Shown here: positions 57,513 to 64,000 of the stretch, in pieces
Numbering within the stretch: position 1 is the first letter of the stretch
Layout of the letters: each line of letters opens with the position of its first letter
Assembly (NCBI GenBank): GCA_964016885.1
Contig: OZ024740.1
Location: forward strand, 227,416,001 to 227,480,000
Length of the DNA stretch: 64,000 nucleotides
Reading direction: 5' to 3'
Source: Eledone cirrhosa
Lineage: Eukaryota
The notes under the pieces: model-generated
Databases searched by the model: none
Told to the model about the DNA's origin: nothing
The model's input: only the letters and a program-made list of their open reading frames with translations
Translations under genes and position numbers: made by a program

Positions 57513-57514
<2 letters not shown>
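57304..57514 (+). mobile_element. Fold-back element family B, copy 3
   Basis: Arms 57304-57366 / 57374-57435, loop CAGAATT; (TA)n flanks. Confidence 0.9.
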
Positions 57515-57543
<29 letters not shown>

Positions 57544-57553
57544 GAAGTGTGAG

Positions 57554-57587
<34 letters not shown>

Positions 57588-57620
<33 letters not shown>

Positions 57621-58297
57621 GGTTTAGCGTCCGTGTTCCACGCTTGCATGGGTTTGGACGGGGGTTTTCCCACTTGAGGCAAGAGTGGTTGTCTTGCTCG
57701 CATAGGACTGTCTGGCGGGTTTTCTACAGTTGGATGCCCTTCCTAACACCAACCACATTTACAGTGTGGGGCTGGGAGGTTTTTACCGTGTTGCCTACAC
57801 GGCCACATTACAGCGTGGACTGTCTGGCGGGTTTTCTACAGCTGGATGCCCTTCCTAACACCAACCACATTTACAGTGTGGGTCTGGGAGGTTTTTACCG
57901 TGTTGCCTACACGGCCACATTACAGCGTGGACTGTGTGTTTTTTGTCGTGACACCTACACGATCTCATTTGTTTCGGCCTGGATGTTGTGGGACCAACAT
58001 AACTTTACATTGAAAGGGGCGGTGTGGGTGGGGTAGAGGTGGTGGGATGGGGGTGTGTTTTGATAGAGATGCCTACTGACTGTAGTAGGTTTTTACTTTG
58101 TATTTAGGTAAGGCGGGTCTTCTCTATTACTGAGTACCGCCAAAGGTCTCGGTCCAGTGACATTGTCTTGGAGAGGTGTAAGCGTGTGAGGTCGGAATTT
58201 ATCAGCTCGTCCCATGTTTTTCTGGGTCTGCCTACTCCGTGGCTACCGTCTATCTTTATTGCCCTGCACTTTGTTATACAGCTGTCGTCTTTCATGA
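57588..58297 (-). mobile_element. RTE 3' fragment with 3' UTR containing an internal tandem duplication of about 112 bp
   Basis: ORF 58104-58295 is the RTE C-terminus; GGACTGTCTGGCGGGTTTTCTACAG..CAGCGT occurs at about 57705 and 57817; (ATC)n tail. Confidence 0.88.
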
Positions 58298-58333
58298 CAT
58301 GTGTGTATATATATATATATATGTATGTATATG

Positions 58334-58456
<123 letters not shown>

Positions 58457-58460
58457 TGTT

Positions 58461-58665
58461 TGTTTAATATAGAAATGGCTTATACAGGACTAGAAGTGTT
58501 TCATTTGAAGGAAATCATCAGGAAAGCTTTCCTGATGATTTCCTTCAAATGAAACAGTTCTAGTCCTGTTGAAGCCATTTCTATATTAAACATTGTGTAT
58601 ACTCTACTATGTATTGAGTACCTTACTTATTACTTACTGTAGTTAACCCCCGATTGAACCTAGGA
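58461..58665 (+). mobile_element. Fold-back element family F: loop-less 66-bp-arm palindrome with degenerate hammerhead core
   Basis: Centre GGAAAG|CTTTCC at 58526/58527; arms 58461-58526 / 58527-58592; CUGAUGA 58532-58538, GAAAC 58551-58555, GUC 58563-58565. Confidence 0.8.
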
Positions 58666-58763
58666 TACACACACACACACACACAGATACACACACACAC
58701 ATATATATATATATATAAAATCATCATCATATATATATGCATATATATATATGCATATATATA

Positions 58764-58825
<62 letters not shown>

Positions 58826-59100
58826 TTAAAAAATAATGAATAAAACAATGAAACAGTTCCTTATATTAAACAAAAAAAGTTCATTATTTAACGATCGTTT
58901 CTAGGACATATATGTGTTAGAATTGGCATGTATATTTAACAGATCTATGTACAAAATTATACAAACTATCAAAATTAAATATACATACCAACACATATAT
59001 ATGCCGTCTTTCATTGCATCTCTTCTTTCCATGATATCCGGATTACATTGAGTTCTTCATACGGATTGGACACTACCGTAAACTCTTGGTAGATTTATCT

Positions 59101-59131
<31 letters not shown>

Positions 59132-59524
59132 GCTATCATCCTATAGATATCTATTTGCTTGAGTGTTATGTATACTGGTGCTGTTTCCCTGGTTGTCATA
59201 TTCCCAGGTTTATATTATTACCTAGAATTATTCCAACAATGTATTCTCTCTAAAGCATTCCCTTAGTAACAAAGACACAGCAATTGTTTACTATAATTTA
59301 TTGGTAATTATATTCGGCAACCATCATAGTATATAAAGAAATTATAAAAAAACAATGAATAAACCTATGTACAAAATACTCAACAATAATTATTTAAGCA
59401 GAGAGCAAAAATTGTACAAACTGTGTGTGTGTTTATGTATGTGTATGTGTGTGTATGTGTTTGTGTGTGTGTGTGGCATATACATATATATATGTCTATG
59501 TATGTATATAAACACACATATATA

Positions 59525-59594
<70 letters not shown>

Positions 59595-59662
59595 TGTATG
59601 TATGTACATAAACATATATATATATATATGCATATACATATATACATGTGTAATATATGTAC

Positions 59663-59733
<71 letters not shown>

Positions 59734-59878
59734 TATATATATATGCATATACATATTATACAAATGCATGAGTGTCTTTAGGTATATATATTTGTGTGTA
59801 TGTATGTGTGTATATGTATGTGTGCATGTATGCATATATATATATATCTTTATATATATGTTTGTATATATGTATGAA

Positions 59879-59944
<66 letters not shown>

Positions 59945-60312
59945 TGTATGTATGAATGTATGTATGAATGCATGTATGTATGTATGTAAATATGTATGTT
60001 TATATGTATGTATGTGTATATATATATATATATATGTATGCATGTATGTATGTTTATATGTATGTATGTAAATATGTATATATGTATGTATACACACGTC
60101 TCTGTTTACATTTATACATGGACATATTAATAGTCGTCAATCATTTTGATATTCATATATTTATGAGTTTATTCAGTAATATATGCCCCAGTGTTTGCAC
60201 TTTTTATTTATTTAAATGACGTATTAACAGGCACACATGTACTCATAGACAATTAGATGAACTAAGTGCAGGAAATGTAGATAGACAGACAGATAGACTG
60301 ACTGAGATAGAT

Positions 60313-61517
60313 ATATTTCTTTATTTGCCACAAGGGCGCACAAGAAAGGGGGACAAAACAAGGACACATGCCAGGGATTTTACATACAGTCGTGTAAAAA
60401 TATTGAAACAAACAAATTTAACAATCGAAATCCCCAATAGTGGGGATGCCCCACCAAATGGGTTGTTTAATACCCCCGTCGATAGAACAACCCTCAACTT
60501 CAGGAGCGTGTTGTGCAAGTGGCTCCTTTCTTCCTTTTGCTCTCTTCTTCAACCTACAGGTTTATATACAGACAGACAGATAGATATCTTTCTTTATTAA
60601 GATATCTTTCTTTATTAGATATCTTTCCAGACAGATAGATAGATAGATAGATAGATAGATGGATGGATTGATAGATAGATAGATAGATTTCTTTATTAGC
60701 CACAAGGGCGCAACAAGAAAGGGGACAATACAAAGACATGCCGGGGATTTTACATACAGTCGTGTAAAATATATAAAAACAAACAATTTCAACAATCGAA
60801 ATCCCCAATAGGGGGAAGGCGCCACAAATGGGTTGTTTAATACCCCGCCGATAGAACAACCCTCAACTCAAGGAGCGTGTTGTGCAAGTGCTCCCTTCTT
60901 CCTTTTGCTCTCTTCCTCAACCTACAGGCTTATAAACAGAGAAGGCCCAATCCCTCGGGCCATTTTCGCTTCATTCACCCACCTTTCAGTAAATTTACTG
61001 GGGTGCAGTGCCTCTCTCTCCACTCTGACTCTCCTTCTAAAGTGATACTTAAAGAAGGGAATCAATTGTTGTCTGGAGAGAAAGACATCTGTCCTCAGTC
61101 CTCTCAATCTCGTCCACCATATAACCTCTTTCACCATAGCCGCTGTACAGAGGAAAACCACCTTGTCAGCGAGACAAGTTGTGGGAAGGCCTGTCTCACA
61201 AACGGTGCCCACACCGGTTGGGGGTCGGTGAGGAATACCTGAAGATGCCGTAGCCTCAGCGCATGTTTGCGCATTATTAGCTACGGCATGCCTAGCCCTC
61301 CGTTGGAAGGGTGTTGACAGCAGACGGATCTCCTCACCAGTGGAGCCTGCTTCTTCCACAGGAACTGAAAGAGCATGCGTTCCATCTTGGTGAGGTATTC
61401 ACGGGGACAAGGCACAACAGTCAAGCGGTAGTAGATGACGGACGCTATGAAACTGTTTGCCACCTCCGCTCGACCTTTCAAAGACAGTTTGCACTCTGCC
61501 CACTTCTGGGTGAGCGC
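60313..61517 (-). mobile_element. Tx1/L1-like LINE 3' fragment with duplicated 3' UTR in (GATA)n
   Basis: KGRAEVANSFIASVIYYRL..ERMLFQFLWK..VRRSVCCQHPSNGGLGMP; 3' UTR present twice (about 60315-60565 and 60688-60930), each ending AATAAAGAAAT next to TATC repeats. Confidence 0.85.
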
Positions 61518-61519
61518 AA

Positions 61520-61790
61520 ATTTGTTCTTCTTCCTTGTGTCTCCTCTTCTTTCTGGACTAATTTTGTTTACTCCATCTTATTTTGTTTACTACAAGATGG
61601 AGTAAACAGAATAAGACCAGAAAGAAGAAGAGGCACAGAGAAGAACAAATAGTCACTGATAGGGTCACAGAATGTGTCACGAAAGAACTTTGACAAACTA
61701 ATTAATAACTAATAATAAAGCTGAAGTGAAAATCAAATAATGTGTGTGTTTTTATTTGAAAAATTGACAACATGGCTACTTTGCAAATAT
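61520..61790 (+). mobile_element. Older family C-related fold-back element with degenerate hammerhead
   Basis: Imperfect arms 61520-61579 / 61594-61650 pivoting at AAGATGG; then GTCA-CTGATAG-GGTCACAGAATGTGTCAC-GAAAGAACTTTGAC. Confidence 0.75.
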
Positions 61791-62102
61791 ATATATATAT
61801 ATACACACACTGATGTAGTATTAACTTGGATATTTACCATGCGACCCTCAGTTCCTACCTCACAATTTCCCTCCCCCCCACCCCCACACACCACCATAGT
61901 CTATTCGACCAATCAAACCTAGCATGCCATTTCCACTGCTGCTGCTGCTACTACCTGCCTAACTAACTCTCTCCTCCTCTGGCGCATCCCAACACACCCT
62001 GCCATTACCCCACCACCACTGTCCTTCTAGCCCTCAATTTTCCCACCGTTATGGATGGATGAGCTGGGAATACACGAGCAACTCTGAATCAATAGATGAA
62101 AT

Positions 62103-64000
62103 ATGAATCTGCGAGCTACCAAGCACCCACGTGAAGCGCCAACCCAGAGACCCTCCCCTACGAGTGTCGACAAATGCCCAAAACTCCGAGTTGGTACCAT
62201 CAATGTAGGCTCAATGAAAGGAAGAGCAGGAGAAATCGTAGAAATGCTAGAGCGAAAGGAAGTTGATGTATGCTGTGTGCAAGAGACTAGATGGAGAGGA
62301 GGGTCTGCTAGAGTCCTTGTAGGAAAAAGCCAGTGCTACAAATTTTTATGGGTGGGAAATGACGATGGGATGGGTGGTGTAGGTATACTATTAGCTGACA
62401 AGTGGGTAGATAAAGTAATCTCAGTGTACAGGGTAAATGCAAGAATCATTAAACTCAGACTAGTCCTGAATAAGACAATTACCACAATAATATCAGCTTA
62501 CGCACCCCAATCGGGGCTGCCAGACGAACTTAAGGATAGGTTTTACGAGTCCCTAATACACACTACTGCTCTAACAGACGACAAGGACTTCCTAATCATT
62601 GCAGGAGATTTTAACGGACACGTAGGTAAACACTGCGACGGCTTCAATAGAGTACATGGAGGCCATGGAGTTGGCACAAGGAATGAGGAAGGATTCAGAC
62701 TTCTAGAATTCTGCGACGCCAATGACATGTCGATATGTAACACAAACTTTAAAAAACCCGACAACCACCTGATCACCTATAGATCAGGGGAACACTCTAG
62801 TCAGTTAGATTTTATCCTCATCAGAGGACGTGACAGATGGACGGTCGTAAACACAAAAGCCTTCCCCAGTGAGGAATGTACATCCCAACATAGCTTAGTT
62901 GTCAGCGACCTCACGGTCAGAACTAGACGAGCCCTGAAACAGAGGCCAACCTGGAGAAGAAAGATCTGGAAGCTGAAAGTCCCCTCAACCAGTAACAGAT
63001 TTAAAGATATTTTACTCAACGCCTACGACAGTAAAGAAGAACAGATAGAGACATTTAACGTAGAAGAGAACTGGGAGTTCCTAAAAAATAACTTACTAGA
63101 GGCGACGGATGAGGTTTGTGGCTGGAGTAAGACCTCAAGCAGGAGGAGAGTGACTTGGTGGTGGAACAATAAGGTAGATGAAGCAGTCAAGGCCAAGAGA
63201 CAGGCATGGAAAGAATGGAAGAACGGGGGGAGCAGGGTACATTACATAGAGACCAAGAGGGAAGCTAGGCGACAAGTATACTTAGCTAGGAGGGAAGCAG
63301 AGGATAGAAAATTCAAGCATGTTTTACAACGTGAGGACCAGAAACAGGAGGTATTCAAGATTGCGAGGCAGTGTGTCAGAGATAGTTGTGATGTCATTGG
63401 AGAGAAGTGTATCCGGAATGATAAAGGTGAGCTTGCCCTCACAAGTGCTGAGAAGAAAGATGCATGGAAGAGTCATTATGATAGATTACTAAATGAGGAG
63501 AATGCATGGGAAGAAGAGACCCTACCCCACGTAGACCCTATAGAGGGACCAGCAGTACAAGTCAGCGGCAGCGTAGTAAGTAAGGCAATCAGAGATATGA
63601 AGATAGGGAAGGCAACCGGTCCATCGGGTATAGCTGCCGAGATGCTGAAGGCATCTGGGTCTGTAGGTCACACTATAACCACACGTATCGTTAACCAGGT
63701 AATACTAGAGGGGGCCATACCAAAAGATTGGTGCAGTAGCATCATTGTCAACTGCTACAAAGGTAAAGGCGATGCACTAGATAGAGGAAACTATAGAGGT
63801 ATAAAGTTGATGGACCAGGTCATGAAAGTAACAGAAAGAGTTATAGCACAGCTGATTAGGGACCGGGTGAATATAGACGAGATGCAATTTGGGTTTGTAC
63901 CAGGGAAAGGCACCACTGATGCGCTCTTCCTTGTGAGGCAATTACAGGAAAAGTACCTAGCTAAAAGTAAGCCACTCTACTTGGCATTTGTCGACCTTGA
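62103..64000 (+). CDS. RTE LINE ORF (APE endonuclease plus start of RT), open to the window end
   Basis: ATG at 62103: MNLRATKH..LRVGTINVGSM..DVCCVQETRW..GGVGILL..SAYAPQ..AGDFNGHVG..NTNFKK..SQLDFIL..SQHSLVV..WWN..QFGFVPG..LAFVDL. Same frame at both ends, and no stop-terminated ORF is listed in this frame. Confidence 0.9.
   Translation, partial: MNLRATKHPREAPTQRPSPTSVDKCPKLRVGTINVGSMKGRAGEIVEMLERKEVDVCCVQETRWRGGSARVLVGKSQCYKFLWVGNDDGMGGVGILLADKWVDKVISVYRVNARIIKLRLVLNKTITTIISAYAPQSGLPDELKDRFYESLIHTTALTDDKDFLIIAGDFNGHVGKHCDGFNRVHGGHGVGTRNEEGFRLLEFCDANDMSICNTNFKKPDNHLITYRSGEHSSQLDFILIRGRDRWTVVNTKAFPSEECTSQHSLVVSDLTVRTRRALKQRPTWRRKIWKLKVPSTSNRFKDILLNAYDSKEEQIETFNVEENWEFLKNNLLEATDEVCGWSKTSSRRRVTWWWNNKVDEAVKAKRQAWKEWKNGGSRVHYIETKREARRQVYLARREAEDRKFKHVLQREDQKQEVFKIARQCVRDSCDVIGEKCIRNDKGELALTSAEKKDAWKSHYDRLLNEENAWEEETLPHVDPIEGPAVQVSGSVVSKAIRDMKIGKATGPSGIAAEMLKASGSVGHTITTRIVNQVILEGAIPKDWCSSIIVNCYKGKGDALDRGNYRGIKLMDQVMKVTERVIAQLIRDRVNIDEMQFGFVPGKGTTDALFLVRQLQEKYLAKSKPLYLAFVDL

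Overview
AT-rich, repeat-dense eukaryotic genomic DNA. The SINE/LINE repertoire and huge TA/CA/ATT/GAT microsatellite load suggest an octopod cephalopod (inference). Only one convincing host exon is visible: 50508-50638 (+), a fibronectin type III segment resembling neuroglian/L1CAM/NrCAM, so the window is probably two very large introns of a neural adhesion gene. The rest is retroelements: RTE LINEs (one with an uninterrupted endonuclease-RT frame running off the window end, and a PHD finger embedded in the RT of the copies that extend that far), R4/Dong-like and Tx1/L1-like fragments in specific microsatellites, a Penelope-like RT/GIY-YIG remnant and many tRNA-derived SINEs. The most striking signal is at least 10 short fold-back (inverted-repeat) insertions from about 6 unrelated sequence families, mostly in (TA)n tracts. 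Each carries a complete, half or remnant hammerhead ribozyme core (CUGANGA...GAAA...UH), and there are several stand-alone minimal hammerheads. Within a family, copies fold back at different points, share copy-specific variants between their two arms, and rejoin the (TA)n tract at the same microhomology. Hammerheads from unrelated families share a C-C mismatch at position 4 of stem II. All structure calls were made by eye and need computational and biochemical confirmation.
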